The notes under the pieces: model-generated | What the model was told of the DNA's origin: nothing | The model's database searches: none | The model's input: only the letters and a program-made list of their open reading frames with translations | Made by a program: the position numbers and the translations under genes | DNA from: Octopus sinensis | Taxonomy: Eukaryota | NCBI RefSeq assembly: GCF_006345805.1 | Contig: NC_043002.1 | Span: forward strand, 41,292,001-41,356,000 | Direction: 5' to 3' | DNA: 64,000 nucleotides | Shown here: positions 1 through 13,019 of the stretch, in pieces | How positions within the stretch are numbered: the first letter of the stretch is position 1 | How the letters are laid out: every line of letters begins with the position of its first letter

Positions 1-77
1 TTTTGTCGGAGAATAAGAAATTACTGCCAATACTAAATCATATAGAGAGTAGCAGTGTATGTATAGGTGGGGAAATG

Positions 78-78
78 A

Positions 79-172
<94 letters not shown>

Positions 173-330
173 GAGACAGACAGACAGAGACAGACAGACA
201 GACAGACAGACACACACAGACAGGTAGACACACAGACAGACAGACAGGCAGGCAGACAGACAGACAGACGCACAGACAGACAGACAGACAGACAGAAGAA
301 GGAGAGGGGAGGGAGGGAGGAAGAGAGAGA
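78..330. repeat. Compound (GA)n/(GT)n/(GACA)n microsatellite
   Basis: Directly visible; accounts for ORFs 3..227, 33..233 and 121..372. Confidence 0.98.
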
Positions 331-445
331 ATTATTCATACATCAACAGCAGCAGTAGCAGCAAATAACTAATAGTGAAATCAATTTAGAATGTGTGGAT
401 CTCGAAGCAAAAAAGCTATAAATGACAGCGTGTAAATACTCGAAG

Positions 446-747
446 CGCTAGCGGAGCTGTGGCGGGGGCGGTAGTGTCAGTCCGCCCCGGGCGGCACTTT
501 TAAAGGGGCGACACTTTTAAAGAGGTGGGACTTGAAAAGGGGCGGCACTTTTCATCCTGTTGTGGGCTATAAGCCGGAATAGATTATATTGAAATAGTAC
601 GGTTTGCGATAATTCCCGGTATCATAAAAAAATCACTGGAAATGCACGACTTTTGAGTCTGCTGTAGGTAATATGTGTTTTTTTGTGGAGTCCGGGGACA
701 GTAAATGGAAGGGCCGCCCTGGGCGGTACATTTTAGCTACGCTAGTG
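446..747. mobile_element. hAT-type MITE (302 bp)
   Basis: Imperfect TIR cgctagcggagct / agctacgctagtg, subterminal ccgcccYgggcgg motifs at both ends, 8-bp TSD actcgaag (438-445) / actcgaac (748-755). Confidence 0.8.
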
Positions 748-789
748 ACTCGAACGTTGCATCTCAAGCAACCAAGAGAACAGTGAGCG

Positions 790-987
790 ATCGAGCGATC
801 GTCGACATGGCGCTCGTTCGACTTGCTAGAAATAGCTTCTAAATCTTCCTTAACACTGTCGTGTTAAACAAATTGGATAATAATGCCGTCTCATAAATCC
901 TTTAAAAAACAGGATGTTACTGCTGGAGCATTATTGATAAAAGGTTGCTTGATTTAAAGTTCACTTAGGAGAGGCCTAGAAAACAGT

Positions 988-1020
<33 letters not shown>
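790..1020 (+). mobile_element. SINE 3' domain with (AAC)n tail (third SINE family, degraded)
   Basis: gctagaaatagc motif followed by an (AAC)n tail; similar pieces at ~3225-3400, 13410-13500, 21530-21600 and 27190-27270. Confidence 0.4.
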
Positions 1021-1029
1021 CAGCTTACT

Positions 1030-1660
1030 AGGCTATTCAAGTTGATATATTGGACATTTCTAAGAATTTTGAAGATGTGGTATGAAAACTTGGGGATTTG
1101 GTGATATATCTTGAGGGAGAAATGAATTCAATGTTTAGAGTGAAATGTTTTCACATTAGTTTGTCAAGAATAACTTTTATCTGTTGAATTGCCTAAGAAT
1201 TTCAGAGCAGGTTTCTGCTCTAAGAACGTTCGTATGTGTATATTTCTATGTAAGTATGTGCATATATGAGTCCATACATGAATAAGGAAAAAAAAAACTA
1301 GTGGATATCAGGAAGGATATTTAGAAAGCTTTTAGCCCACTAATTTAATATAATGTTCGGTGATGGCACTGGATTCAAATAAGGTTGCCTGCAGATGTAT
1401 TTTATTTTTATTGCCAATCTAGACGATAAGGATGCAATATCATATTTCACCACTACTAAAGTAGGGATCTGTTGAAGAATGTTGTATTGCAGAGTTCAAC
1501 GTAACGTATGATGGTAAGTTTGACAAAACAAATCGTAGAAAAGCCTGATGAAGTGATTTACCATCAGGGAGATTTGTGGCTGGTTGTACAAAATTCCTTC
1601 TGCAAGACTTTCTTTATTATCCCCGGCTTCATGAATAGCATGAAGTTAATCCAAGTGGGG
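1030..1660 (+). mobile_element. Highly decayed CR1/L2-type LINE reverse-transcriptase relic
   Basis: Frameshifted motifs in the expected order: LDISKNF.KMWYENL (cf. LDISKAFDKVWH), IFIANLDDK (cf. IFINDLDD), MK(F)NPS (cf. MKFNPSKC). Confidence 0.4.
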
Positions 1661-2606
1661 TTTATTTTAGGACAATCGAACTCAAAACCACAATAATTAA
1701 TGAACTTTATCTTCAAAAGCTCTGAGATAACCCTAGAACACATAGTGCAAACAGCACATACGCATATAAGCATTGCACCCTCTAAAGTATACTGCAGACA
1801 AGGATTAAATAATACATGTGTAAAAATAAAAAGATAGAAAGTAATAAAAACCGACTCTCTTTCCCTCACTGTGTTATAATTAATGAATTAATATCAAATT
1901 AATTAACAAATAATTTCTTTAAATCGTTCGTGATGTCGTTACATGTAATCGTGTACATTGCTGTAATATAAGTAACTGTAGCCGAGGATCTTTTCATATC
2001 CGGGTCATGTAAACGACACTCTTCCTTTAAGTTAATACCAAATGACTGATGAACGCCGTACTTTCGTTTCAATTTCTGATAATTGATTTAGTTAAATATG
2101 TTTGACAACTTTACAACTTGGATAATCTAACATAAAATTTAATTAGCCCGTTGAAGTAAACCCGTTTATACGGAATAAAGAAATACTCTAGTCGACAATT
2201 TCATAATAATGCATCAACTATAGTTCCAATTTCACATGCACCAAACCATAGTTTTTTTTCCCTCATTAAGCTAATTATAATTAAGGATAGTCACAATGAG
2301 TGGTCTATGTTGGCAAGAATTCTGATTGAAATAAAACATTAACCAAAAAAAAAAAAGGTTGTTTGGCAGCGTGGCGTGAGATAAAGCAGGAACAAACATT
2401 GCTGTGTGAGGCCTTATATTGGTAAAGCTAGGCCACACCTAAAACATTAGATTATACTTCTTCTTATGTGAACCTAAACATACACTAGAGCTGCTGTTCG
2501 GATTAAGTATGGAAGGCTAGTTGTAGGTTTTCTTTATTTAGTGGTATGTATGGAAGTGTAGATTTTATTTAGCGGTATGTATGGAAGATTAGATTTTATT
2601 TATATA

Positions 2607-2777
2607 GGCGTAGGAGTGGCTGCGTGGTAAGTAGCTTGCTTACCAACCACATGGTTCCGGGTTCGGTCCCACTGCGTAGCACCTTGGGCAAGTGTCTTCT
2701 ACTATAGCCTCGGGCCGACCAAGTCCTTGTGAGTGGATTTGGTCGACGGAAACTGAAAGAAGACCGTCGTATAAATG

Positions 2778-2851
<74 letters not shown>

Positions 2852-3065
2852 GTATGCTTGTGGGTCTGTGTTTGTCCCCCCAAAATCGTTTGTCAACCGA
2901 TGCTGGTGTGTTTACATCCCCGTAACTTAACGGTTCGGCAAAAGAGACCGATAGAATAAGTACTAGGCTTATAAAGAATAAGTCCTGGAGTCGATTTTCT
3001 CGACTAAAGGCGGTGCTCCAGCATGGCCACAGTCAAATGACCGAAACAAGTAAAAGAGTAAAAGT
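2607..3065 (+). mobile_element. tRNA-derived SINE family B (CORE-like segment, internal microsatellite)
   Basis: A-box tggctgcgtgg, B-box ggttcggtccc, CORE-like ccttgggcaagtg, internal (TA)/(TG)n, conserved 3' domain ending gaaacaagtaaaagag; several other copies in the window. Confidence 0.9.
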
Positions 3066-3440
3066 AAGTAGCTAAAGAGTTTTCTCTTCAAAAGGAATTT
3101 CAGAATGGATGAGCCGTCCCCGTAGAAATGAAGAAAAATGAAAAAGGTTATAAATAACAAAAGTCTGAACTGAAAACCTGCTTAGAAAACATCGAGTAGA
3201 TGACACAACCGAAGGAGTTTCTACATCGTCATTCAACCTGCTTGAAAAAATATCAAACTATCCCTCAGATCATACTCTACCATCTTAAAAAGAAAAAGAA
3301 ATAGTGAATGATGTAGTCCCAATTACAATGCCTAAGATGAAGACGGAAAGCCGTGGATGAAATGTCTTTGATCGTAGGCATGTTTATGCAGAGCTCAAAC
3401 ATTGAGCAAATTGCATTTTAATTTGACTGGTCTCCGTGTA

Positions 3441-3880
3441 AGGAGGCGAGCTGGCAGAATCGTCACTACGCCGGGCAAAATGCTTAGCGGCATTTCATCC
3501 GTCTTTACGTTCAGAGTTCAAATTCGGTCGAGCTCAACTTTGCCTTTCATTCTTTTGGGTCGATAAAATAAGTACCAGTTGTGCGCTGTGGTTCATGAAA
3601 TCGACTTAACCCTTCTCCCGAACTTGCTGGCCTTGTGCCAAAATTTGAAACCATTATTACTATCATTATTAAAGTGGTGAGCAGGTAGAATTATTAACAC
3701 GCTCGGGAAAATGCTTAGTGGCATTTTGTTCGTCTTTAAGTTCTGAGTTCAAATTCCGCTGAGGTTGACTTTGCCTTTCATCCTTTGGGAATCGATAAAA
3801 TAAGTACCAGTCAAATACAGGGGTCGATGTAATCAACTAGCCCCCCGCCACCAAAACTTTAGGCGTAGTAGAAAGGACTA
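3441..3880 (+). mobile_element. Two tandem tRNA-derived SINE family A copies (Meta-like central domain)
   Basis: ggcgagctggcagaatcg head, gagttcaaatt B-box, gactttgcctttcatcctt..gtcgataaaataagtaccag core; copies at 3441-3655 and 3672-3880. Confidence 0.85.
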
Positions 3881-3914
3881 TCATTATTATTATCATTATA
3901 TCATTATATTTACT

Positions 3915-5303
3915 GTGGATTACATCGGACGTGTTTTCGAACGCTCCAAGTAATTTCAGTTTAAACCAGTTTGGTGCCGTTTTTTCGGTTTATATTTTGC
4001 TCCAAGTTGTTAATAGAATCACTAGGAATCTGTCACCGGTTTTCTGTGCTTGTTTGGCCCCCGTGGGGCTATATTCGGCCCGCCAGATTAGTTCGGTGGG
4101 TGTTTAATCATATACAATTCAACAGATTAGTTCGGTGGGTGTTTAATCATATACAATTCAAGCGCATCTTGAAAGTGTTAAGAAAAAAACTGCCCCTCCC
4201 ACAGGTCTAGAGGCTACTGAATATTTCCCTCCCCTTCCCTCCGTTGCTGGCAACAATACATGAGAGGAGAGGAGAAAAGGGGCGGAAAGTACAAAGTCCA
4301 CCTTGTAGTAACATCAATGGCAACATCAACAGCAGCAGTGCTAGCAGTGACAGCAACAGAGGCAGCAGAGATAACAACAACAACAACAGCAGTGACTGCA
4401 GCAGCAGCAGTAGTAGTAGGGGTAGCAACAGCAACACAGAAAACAGCAACAGCAGCAGCAGTGGTGGTGGTAGTGAGAGTAGTAGCAAAGACAGCAGTTT
4501 CGTCAACAATGCTACGATTTTAGCGGGAAAATAATCCTACATTTGAAGGCGGAATGGAGAAAAATAGTAGTGACGGTGGTGGTGAGAGTGCTAATAGTGG
4601 AAGTGGCCACAACCTCACCACCAACACCAACAGCAACAGCAGCAGTGGCAGTAACAACAGCAACGACGACAACAAAACAGTAACAAAAATAAAGATGAAG
4701 CGAGCACAAAGAGAGAAACGTTTGCCATCTCAGCCGATGACAAAACTCGTGAACTCTCAAAAGTGAAAGACATCATTAAAATTGAGCGGGGAGTAAAATT
4801 ATAGTGCTCGTACCTCCCGAAATAATAGAGGCAAAAGAGAAGACAATATATTTCAGATGCGTATCACGCAAAATAGGAGAGCTGAAATAGCGTCCATCAG
4901 TCATGTTGAGAAGGCCCTCAGAGAAATTTTAATAGATGTGGCCGATATATATATAGAGAGAGGGAGGCAGTTTTCCAGAATTTATGTCCTCTTTAAAAGT
5001 GAGGACCTCGGGCGAAGACACGCAGTGTAACCACGGTAGACTGGGGAGTGGGTCATTTATCCCACCTACCTCTTAAAGAGAACGACCAGAATTAGGGTAA
5101 ATGGCGCATGCCATCGAGTGTAAACGGTTTTTGAATTGTCGCCTGTGTGGTGTAGGACCCAGAGTCACTCCTGGAGGTAAAAAGAAGCAGCAGGGAGAAC
5201 TGATGCTTGGAAATATTAATCTATGTGAGACCAGAAAATATCGAGAAGATCCTGGGCCTGATCCAGCTGCCCAACTGGGTGGAACTGCGTGTCGTCGTAG
5301 AAG
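3915..5303 (+). mobile_element. Tx1/L1-clade LINE, probable 5' UTR and disrupted ORF1
   Basis: Low-complexity S/N-rich ORFs 4244..4534 and 4554..4766 lead into IYPTYLLKRTTRIRVNG and PENIEKILGLIQLPNWVELRVVVE, resembling the Tx1 ORF1 RRM and pre-zinc-knuckle region; 5' boundary uncertain. Confidence 0.55.
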
Positions 5304-5539
5304 TTTTAATACTTCTTTCGCTTAGGGACTATTTCTAACCGTTCTGTTTGTTTACGTTTTCTATTGCTGATCTGCCTAGGCTCAACCTCTTTTGGCGTTG
5401 GAACATCGAGCAGGTCATAGCAAACTTCCATTGGTACTTCTCTTTCTTCATTATGTCTGGTCTTCAACTGGTTCAAATGTTGTTTTCGCTCTCCTATTTG
5501 ACCTTTTATTATGTACATCATACTGCTTATTCTTTTTGT

Positions 5540-5652
5540 CACCTTACCTATTTCTTTATTACCCACAAGGGGCTAAACATAGAGGGGACAAACAAGGACA
5601 GACAAAGGTATTAAGTCGATTACATCGACCCCAGTGCGTTACTGGCACTTAA
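5540..5652 (-). mobile_element. SINE family A 3' fragment inserted in gypsy integrase
   Basis: Reverse complement of the SINE A tail (ggggtcgatgtaatcgacttaa...gggtaataaagaaata). Confidence 0.85.
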
Positions 5653-6660
5653 TTGAATTAAGAATTGAATTAGTGCTGCATCATTGCCTAATTTATTTCC
5701 AGATTCTTTTAGTGCTCGCTTAAATGTGTCTACGAACTTTTCTCCTTGCCCATTTGATCTCGGGTGGTACGATGGAGTAGAGATGTGATTGATTTCATGC
5801 CTCCCACGGAAATTTTAAAATTCGTACCCCTAAAACTTCGTTCTGTTATCCGATACTATGATGTCCAGGACACTGTATTGCACAAAAAATACGTGAAAGA
5901 ACCTTATTGTTACCTTCGATGCTGGTTGACTGCACTTACATATATCCGGTCACTTGGTATAGCTGTCTACTATGATCAGATAATACGCGTCGTATACCGG
6001 TCCAGAAAAATCTATATGTAGCCTGGACCACGGACTGTCTGTACTAAGCCACGATTGGAACTTCACCTGTGATGACTTTGCTGCGAGAGCACAACCTCTT
6101 CAGGATTTTACCATTTGTTCAATATCATGGTCCATAGTAGGCCAATACACGTAACTCTTCATTACAGATTTCTTTCTTGAAATCCATGGGTGTCTTATAT
6201 GAAAGTCGTTAATACACGCTTTTGTAGTGCGTACACCAACACATTAAAACAGAGAAAAATGGTTCGCATTTGTCTTGCGTATATTTTTATTTTCTTTTAC
6301 TGTCAACGTTTCTTTCATCTTTGCAATGAATTTGACATTCTCCGACTTTAATTTTATATCTTGAACAGTTACTGGCAGCTCCCGAATGACGTTACACAAA
6401 ATGTATTTTTATTTAATTTTCCGCTCGAACGCGGCAATCACGGTATCTTCGAATAGTTCCGTATTTTTGGAATTAGCTTTGATAAACAATCCACATGGCC
6501 TAACATCTTGGATGGTGTATATTCCATCTTAAAGTCGTAATTTAACAATACCGTACCCCCAACGTTGTAACCTATTTGTAGTACGAGTAGGGATTCCTTT
6601 CTTCGAGCCCAAAATTGTTAATAATGGTCGGTGATCTGCCTGTAGCCGAAAACTTCTACC

Positions 6661-7404
6661 TTACAGAAATCTGTGAAATTTCTTCACCGAAAAAATGATC
6701 TTTAGAGCTTCTTTCTCTATTTGACAATAGTTTTTCTCTGCCGCTATCAGAGAACGTGAGGCATGAACCACCACCTTCGTATTACCGTCTTTATATTTAT
6801 GTAGCATTACTGCTCCTATGTCGTATTCAGAAGCGTCAGAAGCTACAACGAACTCCGCTGCAGGATCGAAACAAACCAGTGTCAAATCCGATATTAATAA
6901 TTTTTTAATATCGTCAAACGGCTCTTGACAATTATTTGGCCAATTCCACTTCACATTCTTTTTTAGCAAATTACTTCGTGGAGATCTCAATTCATGTATA
7001 TTTGGTATATAGTTTTCATAATAATTCGCTAGACCTAGAAAAATTTGTAAGGTCCTTATATTAGTCGAAGGTGGCATATTTTTAATTGCGTCTGCCCTCG
7101 ACGGGTCCGGTCGTTGTCCATTCCTGTCGATAATTTGTCCAAAATACTTAATTTTAGGTAAGAAAAATTCACATTTTTCTTCACTCAGTGTGAAACCGTT
7201 ATCTCTTATTGTTTCAAAAACACATATTACATGCTCGACTTGCTGATCACGAGATCCACTTTTAATTAATATATCATCCACGTATGGAATTGTAAATTCA
7301 CAGTCTGATAACATTGCATCCATAACCTGTTGAAAAATTGCAAGTGCGACCTTTAGACCAAATAGTAATCTGTTATACCTATATAGTCCTTTATGCGTAT
7401 TCAC
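6661..7404 (-). CDS. Gypsy pol fragment (RT palm plus RNase H), 247 aa
   Basis: YRYNRLLFG, YVDDILI, KCEFF..KIKYFG, SDAS..IGAV, ASRSL..AEKNY.QIEKEAL motifs. Confidence 0.92.
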   Translation of the reverse strand: MNTHKGLYRYNRLLFGLKVALAIFQQVMDAMLSDCEFTIPYVDDILIKSGSRDQQVEHVICVFETIRDNGFTLSEEKCEFFLPKIKYFGQIIDRNGQRPDPSRADAIKNMPPSTNIRTLQIFLGLANYYENYIPNIHELRSPRSNLLKKNVKWNWPNNCQEPFDDIKKLLISDLTLVCFDPAAEFVVASDASEYDIGAVMLHKYKDGNTKVVVHASRSLIAAEKNYCQIEKEALKIIFSVKKFHRFL

Positions 7405-9211
7405 TGTTAGGCATTTTGAGCATTACCCATCTGCTCTAATTTGTAGGTACAGTTTCGAAAATATTTTGCCCCCCGTTTAATTTTGCAAAAATATCCTCCG
7501 GAGTAGGTAGCGGATAATGACACGTTTTCAGACACTCATTCAAACCAATGCGAAAATCGGCACACACCCTAATTTTGTTCCTCTGATTTTTTTATACACA
7601 CCGTTGGAGCTGCCTATTTTGTATATTTACCATTTTGAATGACTCCAATTTTCTCTAATCCGTCTAATTCTTCCTTAACATGTTTTATTACAGCAAAAGG
7701 TACCGTTCTTTTTGGTTTGAACACTTAATTTGGAAATATGCCTCAGTATTAGTACACAAACCTAATTTATCCGACAGCACTTTTGGAAAAGCATTTAAAA
7801 TTTTTTTCTTCAGTTCATCTAACGCCTTATTCTTACTGGAAGAACAATCATTTATGTTTTTACAGAACAGATTTATGGGGAGGTCCCATAAATCTAACAA
7901 CTCCATCCAGTATCGAACTTGTTTGTTGCATTTTTTTACATAAACACCTTCGCTTTACAGGTTTTACCACGAAATGTAATATCGCTTACCATTTCGCCTA
8001 AGAAGTGTAATCTTTCACCGGTAACGCACGCGCACTTTTCGGTATTTTCTTTAATGTAGGTTTCCCAATTTCCTTCTACGTGTCGGTATCAATAATTGTA
8101 ATGTCGTTACCTGTGTCTAGTTGTAGTTTCACGTTCACGTCGTTTATTTTTACATACGCATACTTATTATTTTTTTTCGTTTTCGATGCTGTCATGAACA
8201 AACCTTTTTAGAAGAATTTTTTCTCGACCTTTTTTGTTTCGCTATGCAGTGCAAGCTTTTATGTCGTATTTTTTACAACTAAAGCATTTCCGAGTTTTAA
8301 AAGAACAGTCTTTCTTAAAATGCAGACTTCCATACCCATAGCATGGATTTCGTCATAACATTCTTTTTTCTTTATTTATTCCGGTCGATATGTCTGTTCT
8401 TGTGAGAAAATCTTTTTTTTTTCAATTTTCTTTACGTCCTGTCGCAGGTTGATAATTCTTTGACACTCCTCTGCTACTGCCTGCAGGGTTAAATTCTGGT
8501 CCGCCTGTTCTAGTTTTGTAAGAATCCATGAACGTATTTCTTCATCTTTGTTTGCCGCCCAAACCTTGCACAAAGATGAGGCATTTAAACATGTCCGGAA
8601 ATAATTCCTTCAGTTTAAATTTTTCGCACATTTTATTTACGGTTCCGGCATAACCGACAAAATATTCGTCCTCTTCTTTTACTAGGTTCAAACACTCCCA
8701 GCGAGTGTTAAACAGAGAATTCTTACCACTGAACATTTAGGATAGCAATTCAATTGTTTCCTCGAAACAAATTTCACCTTATTTTTTTAGGCAAGATTAA
8801 AATTGCTGTATTTTTCATGTTCTGAAGGACCTAGTTTCCGTAGCAGTAGATTCACTTTTTCATCGTCTGCCCATCACTTGCAGTCTTCCTTGAAGATTTC
8901 TTCGTATTTTCTGAAGTACGCTGAAAAAAATTGTACTCCCTTCTGGGTTATAACTAAATTCAGTTTTAACATTCGCTACACCGTCTGGCAAAAACAAACT
9001 TGCAATGTTTCCCGTCTTCAACATCAGTTCCAGTAACTGATTGTGTTCTAGCTGTTGCTGTTGTAGTTGATGGTGCAACTCCCGTGGCTGCTGTTGCTGT
9101 TGCTTTTGCAACTGCAATATGTCAATTAATAGGTCTTCCATAATTAATGAAATTTTTGTATCATAAAAAATTGCTAATAACCAACGTAAGCTTCGAATCA
9201 CTCGTCGCCAC

Positions 9212-9508
9212 TTTTATATCGTGGTTTCTGCATATGCCACCTTAGTGTCGTGCACTAATACAGTGTGGCATATAGTACCACGGAACGGGGTAGACACTAA
9301 CTGTCTCCACTTGATGTATTACCAAATATTCTGCCAATAATTGTAACTAATCCAAAACAACTTTCAACGAACTATAACAACTTCTCAATAATTTCCTGTG
9401 ACTCTACGAACCCATGAACGACACCTTTCGACTTACTGCAATTTCTCATCTGTCGCTCTCACTCAAACACGCTGCTACTTATTCTAGTTCGGCTAGTTCA
9501 TTATCACA
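9212..9508 (-). repeat. 5' LTR of the gypsy element (~297 bp)
   Basis: Begins TGTGATAATG at 9508 and ends next to the PBS; no second copy seen in the window. Confidence 0.65.
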
Positions 9509-9529
9509 AAGTGTATCATGATTCTCGTC

Positions 9530-11227
9530 ATAACAATAAGGAAATTGGCATGGGTGGGGCCCTGATCAATTTAGATCAGTCGGAAGCTTTTGATAGGGTC
9601 CACCACCAATACTTGGAGGCAGTTCTCGAGGCAGCGGGTTTCGGTCCCATTTTCAGAGGTTGGATCGCTGCAATGTACAGCGACATCTGTTCGGTTGTCA
9701 AAGTAAATGGCCACATTTACGTATTGCCTCTCGAGCCATTACTGCGGAAGCTGGATGTTTCGAGGGTTCGTGTTGGCTTACGCGAACGATGTTACAGTAA
9801 TAGTATCGGACATTTCGGAAATCGAGGTGGTCGGAGTATGAAGCGATGACAGGAGCAAATATCAACCAGTAGAAGTCAGTGAGCCTGCAGCTCCGCACTC
9901 GGAGAAGCAGGTCCATGCCAACCGACAGCGTTGTAGGGCGCTGGACGGAAGGACCGGTTAAATTGCTGGGGTCTGGTTTGGTCCAGACCCCCAGGTGGAC
10001 ATGAAGTGGAGGGAGGTGGCGAGTAGGGTAGCCAATCTCACTCATAAATGGGCAAAGAGGAAGCTGTTCCTGAAGGGTCGGGCGGAGGTGGCGAATGCGT
10101 ACATCGCTTTCGTCATCTACTACCCGCCTGACCGTTGTCCCTTGCTCCACTTCGTGTCTGATAAAGTTGGAGCACTTGCTCTTCCACTTTCTATGGAAGG
10201 GACGTGTTCCGCTCGTCATACGATCCATCAGCTGTCAACAGCTGCTGTGTGGAGGACTGGGCACAACGTGGTTAATGTTGCGCAGACATGCACTGATGCT
10301 GCGACATCTCCAGCGTTTCCTTAAGGGTGAGCAGGTGCGGTCGCCGTTCGTGAAACGGGACTTTCCGCAGCTCATTTCATTGGTGCAGCTACAGTCCTGG
10401 GTCAATTGTAGACCAAGAACGGGTGCTTGGTACCTGGAGCGCTCACGGTCTCCTGCCAGTCGGGCAACGCGGTCGGTGGAAGTTCCACCATAGAGTTCTA
10501 TAGAGGATTAGTGGAGGGAAAGAAAGACGACCCACTCGGGGTAACTCGGGACGTCGAGAGGGATCAACTCAGTGGTGTTTTTCCGGCCAGAGTCTATAGA
10601 TAACTTACAGAAATCCCTAGCCTGACTGTGCTACCAGGGAGTTCTGACACTTCGAAACAAGTTCTATAGACATGGAAGTACTGTGAGACGGACTTGTCCG
10701 AAGTGTGCGCAGGGTGTTGAAACCATCCTGCATGCACTCGTCCAATGACTGTGTATTACCGACCTGTGGAGCTTTGTCGAACAGCTGTTGTCACGTGCAG
10801 GACGGATCCAGTTATCAGCCGAGTCCATTGTAAGGATCGCCCCACGGCCTTCTTTTGGCCGGCAGGAAAAGGCAGTTTTCCTTTGGCTATAGCGAAAGAG
10901 GTAGCGTGGTGGACGAGGTTGAAAGGAATGAAGACAGACAATTTCCTCTTCGGCCGAGCCCTCGTCGACTTTTTCAAGTTCTACAGTTGAGGGGAAGAGG
11001 GGTGCCTACCTGACGTGCCCTAGGCAGTCGGGGTGCCAGGATGTGTGGACTGCCCTGGTTGGCCCTGGGTGGAACTCCCCCTAGTGGGAGTTTTATTGTT
11101 TAAATATTTTGTTAACTGTCCTTGTTTTTTACTGCTTACACGTTTTCTGCTTTAAACCCCACTTGTCACTTGTTTTGTATTGTGTCTATATGTTTTTGTA
11201 TTCGGCCCTTGTACCCAATAAGGAAAG
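9530..11227 (+). mobile_element. Tx1/L1-clade LINE ORF2 3' part (RT to C-terminal zinc finger) plus 3' UTR
   Basis: GMGGALINLDQSEAFDRVHH, LEPLLRKL, KLLGVWFG, LFHFLWKGRVPLV..GGLG, CPKCAQGVETILHAL (~10690-10745); internal deletion around the YADD motif, multiple frameshifts. Confidence 0.88.
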
Positions 11228-11228
11228 G

Positions 11229-11324
<96 letters not shown>
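11229..11324. repeat. (ATT)n microsatellite
   Basis: Directly visible. Confidence 0.98.
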
Positions 11325-11325
<1 letters not shown>

Positions 11326-11503
11326 GGCGGCGAGCTGGCAGAAACGTTAGCACGCTGGGCGAAATGCGTAGCCGTATTTCATCTGCCGTTACTTTCTGAG
11401 TTCAAATTCCGCCGAGGTCGACTTTGCCTTCCTTCCTTTCAGGGTCGATAATTTAAGTACCAGTTGGGTACTAGAGTCGGGCCTTGTGCCTAGAGTAGAA
11501 AAG

Positions 11504-11510
<7 letters not shown>
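11326..11510 (+). mobile_element. SINE family A
   Basis: ggcggcgagctggcagaaacgttagc head, B-box and Meta-like core. Confidence 0.9.
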
Positions 11511-11535
<25 letters not shown>

Positions 11536-11824
11536 AATGAAATTTCAACTTCTTAACTTGCTTTATCGAATGAAATTAAAAATAAGTGGATCTTTAAAAT
11601 TCAATATCCCTTTCTAGCAAAGAAACGATCGAACAAGGTTGAAATTATGTGCAGTGGGGTTTATCAAATAAGATATAAAAGGAAAGGAAAACCTACGGAG
11701 GGAATAGATTTAACGTGTCCCTACTGAATATGTTTGAACAAAAGTAAACGACAACTAAATAATTACAACATACAAAGAGGAGTTAATAGTGCAAATAACA
11801 TAGATTTCCACCACCCCACATGTC

Positions 11825-11871
<47 letters not shown>

Positions 11872-12835
11872 GTCTGTCTGTCTGTCTGTCTATCCCTTTC
11901 TCTGTACTATTTGCATTAACCTTGATGTATTTTGAACTTTTAACAGACAACAACTTGTCTGCATTTTGACGTTTGATCATCAAACTGCTTCATCGTATTT
12001 TAATTCCCATTTGAGAAAAATTAAGTAAATAGAGGGTACAGATCAGCAACATGTCCATCACGAGATTTAATCAGATATAACACACGGACGACAGAATTCT
12101 GTCGTGTTAGTATTAATTTTGATGACCAACTTTATTTGTTATTCATGTTATTCATAGAGAGAATAGTATTCATGAAGACAAATGCAGCAAAATATAGAAC
12201 TTATTCTACAAGGAGATAAAGAATCGGTTGTCTCGTGTTCGGTTTTCACAGGTTTTTATTGTACGTTATTCTCTCGAAGATTTAATCGAGTTTGAAAATA
12301 ATAAAAAGGGATGTTAAAATCTTGCCAGATATCTTATAAAGCGAACCAAAGCTATAATTTGAATATTTAATATATAAAGGTCAAGTGTGAAATCTTCTCC
12401 AAAGAACAGTTGTGAAACGATGAAGTGTTTAATTCATTATTACGACAGCATAGTAATTAAAATTGAATGACTTCTTTACTTCTCAAATGAATGAAGTGTT
12501 TGGCAGAGAATTCCCCTTGAGCAGAGAAACAAGACAGCAATGGTATGCCGATAATACAATTTAACACTACTTCTCAATATTCAGTGATTGTGTGGGTTGT
12601 GGGATTGATAGAGCGAGATGATTGTGTAATTAAGATACTGGACCACCAGTTGATGAGTTGTAAGTTCAAATCTGTTGCAGGAACTCTTTTACGTTTGCAT
12701 GAAGTTGGCTGTAGAGGATTTTCTGTTCAGCCAGTTTGGAGAATATCCACAGCTATTGGAATAAGAGAAGGGCGAAAAGTAGCAGCGTGTATGATATGAG
12801 AGACAGTAGAAATGAAGCTCTTGTTGGTTTTAGAG

Positions 12836-13019
12836 CAGTGCTCCGCAACCCTTTTTCCCTTACAGTACACATATTCTATTCAAAATTCGGCGGCACACCT
12901 GAACTAGAAATATAGCTAAAAGTATAAGGAAAAAATTATATTCAGGTTACACTGCGGCACACCTATCATCGCCTCCTCGAAACACCAGTGTGCCGCAGCA
13001 TACCAGTTGCGGAGCAGTG
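12836..13019. mobile_element. hAT (Buster/Charlie-type) MITE, 184 bp
   Basis: 14-bp TIR cagtgctccgcaac / gttgcggagcagtg (1 mismatch); 8-bp TSD ttttagag / ttatagag fits nnnTAnnn. Confidence 0.88.

Larger units (their letters stand above)
5304..9508 (-). mobile_element. Ty3/gypsy LTR retrotransposon (K02A2.6-like), decayed, lacking 3' LTR
   Basis: Order on minus strand: LTR, PBS TGGCGACGAG (9201-9210), gag (8376-9201), protease KLQLDTGNDITII (~8090-8160), RT YVDDILI and RNase H ASDASEYDIGAV/EKEAL (ORF 6661..7404), integrase WSRLHIDF and YHPRSNGQGEKFVDT (~5690-6200), integrase C-terminus ending PKRKKY* at 5306. Many stops and frameshifts. Confidence 0.93.

Noticed and set aside
1465-1513. Exon-like segment GSVEECCIAEFNVTYDG with a GTAAGT donor
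   Set aside because: It lies in register within a decayed CR1/L2-type RT relic and has a weak acceptor.
2607-2680. tRNA-like A and B boxes in SINE heads
   Set aside because: These are SINE promoters, not cloverleaf tRNA genes; no bona fide tRNA or rRNA gene was seen.
12088-12105. Perfect 18-bp palindrome acgacagaattctgtcgt
   Set aside because: Roughly one such palindrome is expected by chance in 64 kb, with no supporting context.
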